Shown here piece by piece: positions 9,431 through 19,231 of a stretch of 32,000 nt of DNA (its first letter is position 1; the number at the start of each line of letters is the position of its first letter). Below the pieces are notes generated by a model. The model had not been told where the DNA came from. It saw nothing but the letters and a program-made list of their open reading frames with translations, and did not search any database. Made by a program: the position numbers and the translations under genes. Source of the stretch: Wolbachia endosymbiont of Litomosoides sigmodontis (GTDB lineage Bacteria > Pseudomonadota > Alphaproteobacteria > Rickettsiales > Anaplasmataceae). The stretch spans positions 360,001 to 392,000 of the forward strand of contig NZ_CP046577.1 in NCBI RefSeq assembly GCF_013365435.1, read 5' to 3'.

Positions 9431-10930
9431 ATGAATAAAGAATGGCGCGGTAATCCAGAAAATGAATCAGAAATAGAGAGCAAGGTAGTAACAGTTGGTT
9501 CTAATCAAGGTCATAGAGTATTAATGGTTATTATTTTAGTGACTCTAGTTATTGGAGTATATTATCTCTATTTTAGACCTTCTTCCAACAAAGAGAATGT
9601 AGAGATCATTAAAAAAGAAGAAACAAAGCAAAATGTTCAAGAATTAAAAGAAAAGTTAGAACAAGTTCCAGAAAATATAATAGTTCATGAAAGAGCAATC
9701 ATTGATTCTTTGCCGCCTTTGCCTCCTCTTACTGTGCCACAAGTTATACCAGAAGTAAAGCAGACTAAAAGAGAAAAAGTAGTAAAAAAAGAAGAAGAAA
9801 AGCCAAAAGAAATCCCTATATCCAATATACCTGTATTATCAAAGCAAAATTTTCCTTATAGCAATATTACTAGCAACTTACCTACCACGTTTCCTACAAT
9901 AGGGAGCGGTGGTTATCCTAAAGATAGGCGTGGCGCGCAAATGTTAGCAATTTCAGCTAATAATAATAAGGAGAACAAGACTGTTGATGCTATTTTATCT
10001 GATTCTTCAGTACAGTCAAGCATAGCTACCAGAGTGGGAAAACTCGGGTTCATGATCACTCAAGGCAAGATTATCGATGCTGTTCTTGAAACTGCGATAG
10101 ATTCTGATTTACAAGGAATGCTGCGTGCCGTAGTTAGTAGCAACGTTTATGCAGAAACTGGTGATACAGTTTTAATACCTAAAGGTTCAAGATTAATAGG
10201 CAGTTATTCATTTGATTCAAATGTTACGAGAGCTCGCATAAACATAAACTGGAATAGGATCATTCTTCCTCATGGAATAGATATTGCTATTTCATCACCT
10301 GGTACTGATGAACTTGGTAGAGCAGGGATAGCTGGAATAGTTGATAACAAAATAGCAAGTGCATTATTCTCTTCAATATTGCTTGCAGGTGTCTCAATTG
10401 GTTCATCTATTATAGGGCAAAAGGCCTATAATCTGATCGATACGTTAACTGCCATAGATGCAATACAGTCCATCACTGCAACTGAAATAGATACTTTTCC
10501 ACTCAAAGGTACTATTATCAAGGGGCTACAGAACGATGGTGCAGCTAAAAGTGCAGTTGAGAATGTAGTAAGAGAAAAGTGGAAATTGGACCTTGGGGCT
10601 ATTGGAAGAATTCGTAATGCTCAAAACGAGCAAGATTTGCTGAGAATATTGAAAAAGGAAATGGCAGAATCACTAGAAATTGGGGAAGACAAAGTAAACA
10701 TAGGCCTAGAAGATGTAAACCAACTGTTAAGACCTATTCAGAGAAAAAACAAGTCTGTTTATAAAGAGGCGATTGGAAAATCAACCGATGATTTCTCTAA
10801 AGATATGCGGGATATAGTTAACAGATCTACAGACAAGAACCCAACTGTTTACGTTGATCAAGGTACCACATTGAAGGTATTTGTTAACCAAGATATAGTA
10901 TTTCCTCCACAAGCAATATTAAATCAATGA
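9431..10930 (+). CDS. virB10: type IV secretion system protein VirB10 (rvhB10)
   Basis: 499 aa. N-terminal TM helix, proline-rich region LPPLPPLTVPQVIPE, C-terminal TrbI/VirB10 barrel (GKIIDAVLETAIDSDLQGMLRAVVSSNVY, IPKGSRLIGSY, YVDQGTTLKVFVNQDIVF). Confidence 0.92.
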   Translation: MNKEWRGNPENESEIESKVVTVGSNQGHRVLMVIILVTLVIGVYYLYFRPSSNKENVEIIKKEETKQNVQELKEKLEQVPENIIVHERAIIDSLPPLPPLTVPQVIPEVKQTKREKVVKKEEEKPKEIPISNIPVLSKQNFPYSNITSNLPTTFPTIGSGGYPKDRRGAQMLAISANNNKENKTVDAILSDSSVQSSIATRVGKLGFMITQGKIIDAVLETAIDSDLQGMLRAVVSSNVYAETGDTVLIPKGSRLIGSYSFDSNVTRARININWNRIILPHGIDIAISSPGTDELGRAGIAGIVDNKIASALFSSILLAGVSIGSSIIGQKAYNLIDTLTAIDAIQSITATEIDTFPLKGTIIKGLQNDGAAKSAVENVVREKWKLDLGAIGRIRNAQNEQDLLRILKKEMAESLEIGEDKVNIGLEDVNQLLRPIQRKNKSVYKEAIGKSTDDFSKDMRDIVNRSTDKNPTVYVDQGTTLKVFVNQDIVFPPQAILNQ

Positions 10931-10931
10931 A

Positions 10932-11924
10932 ATGAACTATGCTGCACTTGACACGTATTTGGAGCCATTACAAGGCATATTTCAAGAGGAAGGCGTAAAC
11001 GAAATATCAATAAATAAGCCAAAGGAAGTCTGGATTGAAAGTTGCGGTAAAACAAGATGTGAAAAATTAGAAATATTCGATCTTAACCATCTAAAATCTC
11101 TTAGCAGACTGATCGCTCAAGCTACAGAGCAAAAACTTAGCGAAGAAGCGCCTTTACTTTCAGCTACACTACCGAATGGTTATCGTATACAGATAGTATT
11201 TCCGCCGGCGTGTGAGTCTGATAAAGTCGTCATGTCAATTCGCAAGCCCTCTGGTCTACAATTAGCGTTGGACGATTATGAAAAAATGGGAGCTTTTTCT
11301 GAAACTGCTATAGAAGCAGTCGATAATCCAGTGAATCTTCATCTAGATTCACTGTTAAAGCAAAAGAAAATAAAAGAATTTTTAGAATACGCTGTAGTAA
11401 ACAAGAAAAACATCATAATTAGTGGTGGAACTTCTACCGGTAAAACCACTTTTACTAATGCTACTTTGCGTGCCATTCCAACTGAAGAAAGGATTATTAC
11501 TGTTGAGGATGCAAGAGAAATTGTTTTAAATGATCATCCAAACAGGGTGCACCTTATTGCCTCAAAAGGAGGGCAGGGTAGGGCAAAAGTGATCACTCAA
11601 GACTTGATAGAAGCGTGCTTGCGTTTAAGGCCAGATAGAATAATAGTTGGTGAGCTCCGTGGAGCAGAAGCTTTCAGTTTTCTTAGGGCAATAAATACTG
11701 GTCATCCTGGGTCAATATCAACTCTTCATGCAGATAGTCCAGCAATGGCTCTCGAGCAAATAAAATTGATGGTTATGCAAGCAAACCTTGGTATTCCTCC
11801 GAATCAGATTATACCATATATTAGAAATGTAATTGATGTTGTTGTCCAGCTAAAGAGAACTAGTGGAGGAAAAAGAAATATTTCTGAAATATTATTTACT
11901 AGATCTTTTAATGAAAATGCTTAA
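10932..11924 (+). CDS. virB11: type IV secretion ATPase VirB11 (rvhB11)
   Basis: 330 aa. Walker A GGTSTGKTT, RPDRIIVGELRG and NTGHPGSISTLHA motifs of the VirB11/GspE ATPase family. Starts 1 nt after the virB10 stop. Confidence 0.95.
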   Translation: MNYAALDTYLEPLQGIFQEEGVNEISINKPKEVWIESCGKTRCEKLEIFDLNHLKSLSRLIAQATEQKLSEEAPLLSATLPNGYRIQIVFPPACESDKVVMSIRKPSGLQLALDDYEKMGAFSETAIEAVDNPVNLHLDSLLKQKKIKEFLEYAVVNKKNIIISGGTSTGKTTFTNATLRAIPTEERIITVEDAREIVLNDHPNRVHLIASKGGQGRAKVITQDLIEACLRLRPDRIIVGELRGAEAFSFLRAINTGHPGSISTLHADSPAMALEQIKLMVMQANLGIPPNQIIPYIRNVIDVVVQLKRTSGGKRNISEILFTRSFNENA

Positions 11925-11953
11925 ATTTATACATAATTAAGAAAAAGTAGTTT

Positions 11954-14200
11954 ATGAGTCATAGTGGTAACCATCTACGTAATATTTTGATAGGTGGTGT
12001 TGTGGCTTTTAGTATACTAGAGTTTTGTTTCTATTTGTCTGGTATACTATTTTATCTATTTGTTGATGGTCCAGATGGTGTGAACTTTAAGGCAATCAAC
12101 CCTAGCTTGACGCCTTTCCCTCAAGCTCTTTGGCCAACAATTTTTGATCATATACAAAATTGTTGGCATCATCCATGGTTATATAATTTAGAGCTTAAGA
12201 TAAAATTAATTATATCTTTTGCATTACCTGTTGTTGTTTTAATGATTATTTTATGGAATTTAAGAGAAAGAATAATTGAGTGGCGGCCATTTAGAAAAAA
12301 AGAATCGCTCCACGGAGATTCGAAATGGGCATCAGAGAAAGAGATACGAAAGGCAGGCTTAAGAAGCAAAAAGGGACTATTGCTTGGTAAGGATAAAAGA
12401 GGTTACTTCATTGCTGATGGATATCAACATGCATTGCTATTTGCACCTACAGGTTCTGGTAAAGGTGTTGGTTTTGTGATTCCCAATTTGTTATTTTGGA
12501 CTGACTCAGTAATTGTACACGATATAAAATTGGAAAATTATGAAATAACAAGTGGCTGGCGGGAGCGACAAGGGCAAAAAGTGTATGTATGGAATCCAGC
12601 ACAGCCAGATGGAATAAGCCACTGCTATAATCCATTAGAATGGATTAGTGAAAAACCTGGTCAAATGGTTGACGATGTGCAAAAAATAGCTAACTTAATT
12701 ATGCCTGAACAAGACTTTTGGCAGAACGAAGCAAGAAGCTTGTTTGTTGGAGTAGTATTATATCTACTTGCTGCGTCAGAAAAAGTTAAATCTTTTGGTG
12801 AAGTTGTGCGTACGATGCGTAGTGATGATGTAGTTTACAATCTTGCTGTTGTTTTGGACACAATGGGCAAAATAATACATCCTGTAGCATATATGAACAT
12901 CGCTGCTTTTTTGCAAAAGGCTGACAAAGAAAGGTCGGGCGTTGTTTCAACCATGAACTCATCTCTTGAGTTGTGGGCAAATCCATTAATTGATACTGCA
13001 ACTGCATCAAGTGACTTTAATATTCTAGATTTTAAGAGGAAAAAAGTTACAGTTTATGTTGGTTTAACTCCAGATAACTTAAACAGGTTAAGGCCTTTAA
13101 TGCAAGTTTTTTACCAGCAAGCAACTGAATTTTTATGTAGAAAATTGCCGTCGGATGATGAGCCTTATGGTGTGTTGTTTTTGATGGATGAATTTCCAAC
13201 ACTTGGAAAAATGGAACAATTTCAAACTGGTATTGCATATTTTCGTGGCTATAGAGTTAGATTATTCCTAATTGTTCAAGATACTGAGCAACTGAAAGGA
13301 ATATACGAAGAAGCGGGAATGAACTCCTTTTTGTCAAACTCAACTTATAGAATAACTTTTGCAGCTAATAACATTGAGACAGCTAACTTGATATCGCAAC
13401 TTATAGGGAACAAAACTGTACAACAAGAATCGTTGAACAGACCTAAATTTTTAGACTTAAATCCTGCATCAAGATCGTTGCATATCTCTGAAACGCAGAG
13501 AGCATTGCTGTTACCTCAAGAAATTATTATGTTACCACGTGATGAACAGATAATTTTGATAGAGTCGACTTATCCAATTAAATCAAAGAAAATCTTATAT
13601 TATAGTGATAGCGCCTTCATAAAAAAGCTACTTAAGAAGACTCATGTGCCTACACAGGAGCCATATGATCCAAACAAAGTTTTTTCTGATATTAGTAAAG
13701 GTAAGATCAATAACGAAGAAAACAACCCTATTGAAGGGCCTAATACTGCTAATTATCCTATTGAGGCTCAAACTAAAAATGCGGTATACGATGAATCAGA
13801 GCTCGATAATGAGCTTAAAGAGGAAGAGATCGATGATGAAGATGTTGACGATAAATTTAATAAAGGAGGTGATAACAGATTTGATGATGAAGATGATGTC
13901 AAATTTAAAGACGATGATGAATATAAAGAGGAAAAATATGATGATGTATTCGATGATGAAGATGACAAATTTGAAGAAGATGATGGGCTTAAAGAAGAAA
14001 AATATGATGATGTATTCGATGATGAAGATGACAAATTTGAAGAAGATGATGGGCTTAAAGAAGAAAAATATGATGATGTATTCGATGATGAAGATGACAA
14101 ATTTGAAGAAGATGATGGGCTTAAAGAAGAAAAATATGATGATGTATTCGATGATGAATTTGAAGATGATAACGATAAGCCAAAAAGTAATGGGAAGTAA
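11954..14200 (+). CDS. virD4: type IV secretion coupling protein VirD4 (rvhD4) with an unusually long acidic, repeat-containing C-terminal tail
   Basis: 748 aa. Two N-terminal TM helices, Walker A APTGSGKGVGFVIPN, Walker B-like LFLMDEFPTLG. The TraG/VirD4 core ends near aa ~555. The remaining ~190 aa are D/E/K-rich with tandem repeats. Confidence 0.93.
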   Translation: MSHSGNHLRNILIGGVVAFSILEFCFYLSGILFYLFVDGPDGVNFKAINPSLTPFPQALWPTIFDHIQNCWHHPWLYNLELKIKLIISFALPVVVLMIILWNLRERIIEWRPFRKKESLHGDSKWASEKEIRKAGLRSKKGLLLGKDKRGYFIADGYQHALLFAPTGSGKGVGFVIPNLLFWTDSVIVHDIKLENYEITSGWRERQGQKVYVWNPAQPDGISHCYNPLEWISEKPGQMVDDVQKIANLIMPEQDFWQNEARSLFVGVVLYLLAASEKVKSFGEVVRTMRSDDVVYNLAVVLDTMGKIIHPVAYMNIAAFLQKADKERSGVVSTMNSSLELWANPLIDTATASSDFNILDFKRKKVTVYVGLTPDNLNRLRPLMQVFYQQATEFLCRKLPSDDEPYGVLFLMDEFPTLGKMEQFQTGIAYFRGYRVRLFLIVQDTEQLKGIYEEAGMNSFLSNSTYRITFAANNIETANLISQLIGNKTVQQESLNRPKFLDLNPASRSLHISETQRALLLPQEIIMLPRDEQIILIESTYPIKSKKILYYSDSAFIKKLLKKTHVPTQEPYDPNKVFSDISKGKINNEENNPIEGPNTANYPIEAQTKNAVYDESELDNELKEEEIDDEDVDDKFNKGGDNRFDDEDDVKFKDDDEYKEEKYDDVFDDEDDKFEEDDGLKEEKYDDVFDDEDDKFEEDDGLKEEKYDDVFDDEDDKFEEDDGLKEEKYDDVFDDEFEDDNDKPKSNGK
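13931..14173 (+). repeat. 66-bp tandem repeat: three perfect units plus a truncated fourth, encoding EKYDDVFDDEDDKFEEDDGLKE inside the virD4 3' end
   Basis: Units 13931-13996, 13997-14062 and 14063-14128 are identical base for base. 14129-14173 is a partial unit with a 9-nt deletion. 13865-13930 is a diverged older unit. Confidence 0.95.
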
Positions 14201-14230
14201 AGTCAACTTTGTCTGCTTTTTTAGCTCATG

Positions 14231-14760
14231 CCAATTTCTACTGTAAAAAAACTAAATGTTGTAATGGGTGGCAAAAGGGCATAGTATAACAGCCGTAGCA
14301 CAAAAATATGTTGTATTTAAAGAGTTATACACTAGCTGTATGGATAAAGCATCTAAAATTTGGAAGGGAAGAGAATTTGTTTATCTACATTCGCAATGTT
14401 ATTGAAAATTAGATTGAATCTAGATCGATTTGCAATATGAATGCAAGAAAATCATAATATTACCATTAAAGAAATGAGAATAGAATCTAGGAGAAACTGA
14501 GCTTAAATGTCAACAAGTCTAAGGAACTACCTTATTTTTATCTCTACAGTGCAGTTAATTTTAGAAATGAAGAGAATTCTAGCTTATTGAGCGACTTTGA
14601 TTCTATATAAAATAGAACATTTTACATAATAAAGTCTATAATACAATTGTTTTGCTTGAGATTGCTTTGTGCAAATTTATTATCTTTCTTTTTCACTCCG
14701 TAATTAAGCATCTCTACAATGTTATTTGTTTGACTATTAATAATGAGAATTGGTGCAACC
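14231..14760 (+). mobile_element. Decayed IS630/Tc1-like insertion sequence, copy R2, internally deleted (boundaries approximate)
   Basis: Starts with the family terminus ccaatttctactgta. The rest aligns with R3 and R4, for example gtataacagccgtagcacaaaaatat and cataataaagtctataatacaattg...cttgag. No intact ORF. Confidence 0.7.
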
Positions 14761-14860
14761 TTGATTTGACACTAAGATTTAATACAGTTACTCTAATCTT
14801 AAATTTTATACTTCCCATAGGGTGTCATCCTATGATTAGAAAGGTCAAATTTTGAGAAAA

Positions 14861-15700
14861 ATGAAAACAATCAGCACTTTAATTCAAGAAGGATCAAAGC
14901 TATTATCATCGTATAAAGTTGAATCACCATATTTGGACTGTGAAATCATCATGCAACATGTTCTTGGCGTAGAAAGATCTTTCATAATTATGAACTACGC
15001 TGATCAAGTATCGATAGAGAAAGAACAGCTGTTTTGGAAATTAACGAAGAAAAGAGTAAAAAGATACCCAATATCGCAAATAATAGGCAAACGTGAATTC
15101 TGGAGTAAAAATTTTATAGTTAATCGGCATGTTTTTGACCCAAGAGCAGATAGTGAAATACTAGTCTCGGCAGTGTTAAAATATTATCCAAACAAGAAAC
15201 AGAAAATGAAAATTGCAGATTTTGGTACAGGCACAGGTTGTTTATTGATATCCATACTTAGTGAATATGAACATGCTGTTGGTATAGGTTTTGAAAAAAG
15301 CTTGAAAGCATGTAGAGTTGCCTATCAGAACATAAAAAAACATAATCTACTTGATAGAGCTAAAGTATTTCCAAATTTGTGGACAGAGTGCAGAGGCTTA
15401 TTCGATCTTATAATCAGCAATCCTCCGTACATTAGAAGAAGCAGATTAAAAGACCTGCAAGCTGAAGTGCAAAAAGAGCCGAAAATTGCTCTTGATGGTG
15501 GAATTGATGGCTTAAGCTGTTACCTGAGTATTTTTCCAATATTAAGAAGGTGCCTTAAGAAAAATGGGTTTGCTATATTGGAAATAGGTGAAGATCAAAG
15601 TGATATTGACAAAATGGTTCCATCGTACGAGCTAACTTTCTGTGAATACATGTATGATTTAGCAGGGATGAGAAGGTGCATTGTTGTGAAAAGAACATAG
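14861..15700 (+). CDS. prmC: peptide chain release factor N5-glutamine methyltransferase (PrmC/HemK)
   Basis: SAM-binding DFGTGTGC, catalytic IISNPPYI (NPPY) and PKIALDGGIDGL motifs. ATG 14861 preferred over the tracked TTG at 14852. Confidence 0.88.
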   Translation: MKTISTLIQEGSKLLSSYKVESPYLDCEIIMQHVLGVERSFIIMNYADQVSIEKEQLFWKLTKKRVKRYPISQIIGKREFWSKNFIVNRHVFDPRADSEILVSAVLKYYPNKKQKMKIADFGTGTGCLLISILSEYEHAVGIGFEKSLKACRVAYQNIKKHNLLDRAKVFPNLWTECRGLFDLIISNPPYIRRSRLKDLQAEVQKEPKIALDGGIDGLSCYLSIFPILRRCLKKNGFAILEIGEDQSDIDKMVPSYELTFCEYMYDLAGMRRCIVVKRT

Positions 15701-15895
15701 CTAATGTTTTTTGTATTGCCTCACCCTATGTCACATTTCCTTTTACTCTGTGATATCAATGCTTTACACTGGCATTCATATTTCTTTTTTTTTAGATTTT
15801 AGTGTTTAGCTACGTATTCGTTTAGTTGAGCGGTGTGATGAATGATAAATAGGAGATTGTGGAAGAATTTTGTCTCCTTTTATTTCTATGTTGAT

Positions 15896-16806
15896 ACTAA
15901 TTTCTACTGTATAAGGAACAGATATATAGTAATGGAAAAGAAGACATGCTGAAGTAGTAAAATAATAAGGTTTAAATGGCTTTAAAGGCGAAATTTTTGG
16001 ATAAAAAAGTCGTAGAATTAGTGAAAGAAATGCTAAAGAAAGTGCTAAATGATCCATATATGGATAAAGCACTAAAATTTGAAAGAGAAGAAAAATTATT
16101 TACTTTTCCTGACACCGTAGAAAAACTAGATTAAATTAGAGTTGATTTGAATAATTAAAATATGGATATAAAAAAACACTAATATTACCATTGAAAAAAT
16201 AAGAATAAGAATTAGGAAAAATTTGTTTTAGATGTCAGTCTACAGTATACTTAATGTGCAAAAAGTGAAGTTTTTATATATTATGTCAAGACTAATTCAT
16301 AATGAATAAGGTAAGGGTAAGCAGAAAGAGTTAAAAAGAACTTAATGAGACTTGGTAAATATCCCGAATGAGAGTTATTTATCTTTGATGTATTGTAATT
16401 TAGTACACATTCGAAAATTGGACGCGGGTAGTTTAAAAAAGGCGTTAGAACATAGATTAAAGTAAAATTAGGTAGAAAAATTTTTGTTTCTATAGTGTAG
16501 TTAATTCTAGAAATGAAGCTTTTCTTATTGTGGATTGTGCTAGTTGTAATAAGTCGAAAAATTTAAAAGTAAAAGTACATAAAAATATTGAGGTTATATA
16601 CCTACCATCATACTTACCTAAGCTCAATTATATTAAGGGACTTTGCTTGTAATAAAATAGAAAATTTTACATAATAAAGTCTATAATACAATTGCTTTTC
16701 TTGAGAGTGCTTTGTACAAATTTGTTACCCTTTTTCTTACTCCATTATTAAATAACTCTGCAATATCACTTATTTGACCTACTAACAATGATAATTGGTA
16801 TTAATA
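15896..16806 (+). mobile_element. Decayed IS630/Tc1-like insertion sequence, copy R3; left terminal repeat present, right terminus lost (boundaries approximate)
   Basis: TA followed by ctaatttctactgtataaggaacagatatatagtaatggaaaagaag. The broken frame still reads ...YLPKLNYIKG..., resembling the YSPELNPIE motif of IS630-family transposases. Collinear with R1, R2 and R4. Confidence 0.72.
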
Positions 16807-17230
16807 TTTAGTTTTACTTTCTATTAATAGACTTTTTGTACAACTTAACTAAATAAAAAACATGGCAAATTAATATTTTAGAAGTTTTAAATGCCAGATA
16901 CTTTTAAATTGCTTTAGCTATGAATACTTAAGAAATTTATTAAGGAGGAAAAAGGCAAAAGAAACCTCGTTAGCTAGTTATTCAGTATCTATTTTATAGC
17001 GTTTTTCAATGTTTTTAAAATGCTTAGCAGATGTGATTTACAGCACTAGCTGACAGTATAGAAGACATGAAGGTGCATATAATTGCGAAAAATTAGATAC
17101 GATGCATCAATACTGCGATAAGAAGGCTGGCAAAGTTATCAAGGAAATTTTTTCATATTTTATTTCTATATTAAGACTTTAATTTATAGCTCGTTATTAG
17201 TAATATTATTTATACAAATAACTATGATTT

Positions 17231-19231
17231 ATGCCTGAGTTTGGGAATATATTACTACTATTATCCTGCTTATTATCCTTAACGTATCTATTTCTGCCAC
17301 TTAATTCTTACCTATTTATTACTACTGCCATATTCTTCTGTGTATCAGCGTCAATGGCTATTTTGATTTACTGCCACATTACAAATGATTTCTCACTCGA
17401 AAACGCATATTACCACTCTCATACGACAAAACCTTTGATCTATAAAATCTGTGGCGTTTGGGGAAATAAAGAAGGGTCCATGTTGCTTTGGACTTTAGTG
17501 CTTACTTTTTACCTATTTCTGATGAATATTTTTATTGGTGATAGTAGTGAATTGAAGAAGGTATCCTTAATCACTCAAGGCTTGATCTGCTTTTGTTTTT
17601 TGCTATTTACTTCACTTAAGTCCAATCCTTTTACTAAAATGCCAAGCATGGAAATAGATGGCCTTGGTTTTAATCCAATATTGCAGGATATAGGTCTTGC
17701 CATTCACCCACCAATATTATATTTGGGGTACCTTGGATTTAGTGTTCCCTTTTCGCTCTCTATGGCCGGGTTAATTATAAACATCGAAGGAAATATTTGG
17801 GCTAGAATTATTAGACCTTGGGTACTTATTTCTTGGTCACTGCTTACCTTAGGCATTAGTCTTGGCAGTTGGTGGGCATACCGCGAATTTGGTTGGGGTG
17901 GATTTTGGTTTTGGGATCCAGTAGAAAACGTTTCTTTAATGCCATGGTTAATTGCAGTAGCGTTGACACATCTGTTACTTGTGGTACGAAATTTCAATGT
18001 TTTAAGGAATTTTGCTATTTTACTTACGCTCACAACTTTTATATTGAGTGTAACTGGAACATTTTTAGTCCGTTCTGGAATACTCGTTTCAGTTCACACG
18101 TTTGCAAATGATCCAGAATATGGACTGTATATACTAGGTTTACTTGGCGTCATTACAGCCAGTAGCTTAGCAATATTTATAGCATTTACGAAAAAGGGTG
18201 GATCTCTTATGTTGCCACCCGTCATCCAAGTAGCTGATATTGGGATCAAGGGAAGGAATGTACGGTCAAGCTCTGGTATAATACCAAAGAACACACCAAG
18301 GCAAAACTTTCCTATTTTCTCCCGCTTTACGATGGTACTGATGAATAATTTGTTATTGATTACTGCCTTTTTCATCGTGTTTGTTGGCACTTTATATCCT
18401 ATAATGCTTAAATATTTAACTGGTGAACTCATTTCAGTTGGAGCACCATATTACAATTCTTTATTTAACCCTATTGCACTGGCTATTCTAGTGCTCACTA
18501 TGATAGGGCAATACTGCCGTTGGCAGGGAAATAATCTGTTGCCAATATTCCATGAGTATAGAATCTCATTCTGTAGTGCTGCAGCGAGCTTACCATTTAT
18601 CTTTCATATGGATCTAATAATTGTACTATCAATTACCATCTCCATGGCACTATTAGTCTTTGTTTTGGAAGCGTACGGCAAAAGAATCCACTTGTTTGAA
18701 GTGGAAATTGGTAAATCAATTTCATTAGCAAGAAGAATTTCCAAGTCTTACTATGCTATGATGTTAGCTCATGCTGGAATAGCAATTCTAGTACTTGGTA
18801 TAGCCTATTCAATTGGTTGGCAAGAAAAAAAAGAAGATTACCTTAGAATAGGGGATAGCATAACAGTCAATAAATTCAAAGTTACTTTACGAAATACTGA
18901 ATTTATAAGAAAGAAGAATTTTCATGCAGTGAGATGCATAATGGATATTAGAAATATGTTGAACAACAAGATACTAGGTGAAGTAACTCCTGAATATAGA
19001 TTTTATCTTGTGGAGGGTCAGAAAAATATTGAAAGCAGTATTTACCACAATTTATTTTCTGATATTTATGTTGTAATTGGAGAGATTGATAAAAATAAGA
19101 GCAGAATCGCCACTAAAGTACATTATAAGCCTGGAATGCCTATAATTTGGGTTGGGTCTTTTCTCATTGCTTTTGGTTCACTTTTTGCTGCTTTGCCCTT
19201 ATTGAGAAGATCTTGTACCAATTTGCACTGA
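17231..19231 (+). CDS. ccmF: cytochrome c-type biogenesis heme lyase CcmF
   Basis: 666 aa polytopic membrane protein. WWD/heme-handling motif WGGFWFWDPVEN and conserved His-containing loops. Contains an in-frame insert at 18205-18305. The last 4 codons and stop lie inside IS copy R4. Confidence 0.93.
   Translation: MPEFGNILLLLSCLLSLTYLFLPLNSYLFITTAIFFCVSASMAILIYCHITNDFSLENAYYHSHTTKPLIYKICGVWGNKEGSMLLWTLVLTFYLFLMNIFIGDSSELKKVSLITQGLICFCFLLFTSLKSNPFTKMPSMEIDGLGFNPILQDIGLAIHPPILYLGYLGFSVPFSLSMAGLIINIEGNIWARIIRPWVLISWSLLTLGISLGSWWAYREFGWGGFWFWDPVENVSLMPWLIAVALTHLLLVVRNFNVLRNFAILLTLTTFILSVTGTFLVRSGILVSVHTFANDPEYGLYILGLLGVITASSLAIFIAFTKKGGSLMLPPVIQVADIGIKGRNVRSSSGIIPKNTPRQNFPIFSRFTMVLMNNLLLITAFFIVFVGTLYPIMLKYLTGELISVGAPYYNSLFNPIALAILVLTMIGQYCRWQGNNLLPIFHEYRISFCSAAASLPFIFHMDLIIVLSITISMALLVFVLEAYGKRIHLFEVEIGKSISLARRISKSYYAMMLAHAGIAILVLGIAYSIGWQEKKEDYLRIGDSITVNKFKVTLRNTEFIRKKNFHAVRCIMDIRNMLNNKILGEVTPEYRFYLVEGQKNIESSIYHNLFSDIYVVIGEIDKNKSRIATKVHYKPGMPIIWVGSFLIAFGSLFAALPLLRRSCTNLH
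18205..18305 (+). repeat. In-frame ~100-nt mini-repeat element, copy in ccmF
   Basis: gtcatccaagtagctgatattgggatcaagggaagg...tcaagctctggtataataccaaag aligns with metG 31845-31925. Encodes LMLPPVIQVADIGIKGRNVRSSSGIIPKNTPRQ between a TM helix and the conserved FSRFTMVLMNNLLL segment. Locally GC-richer than the flanks. Confidence 0.6.

Noticed and set aside
13931-14173. Regular 66-bp direct repeats considered as a possible CRISPR array
   Set aside because: The units are contiguous with no spacers, lie in frame within virD4, and encode an acidic peptide repeat. No cas genes are present in the window.
13644-14246. Three long ORFs in alternative and antisense frames over the virD4 tail (13644-14246 +, 13768-14100 -, 13796-14206 -)
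   Set aside because: Their products are extreme low-complexity (poly-S, poly-I/F, M/K-rich). They arise automatically from the GAT/GAA-rich tandem repeat and lie entirely inside a well-supported CDS.
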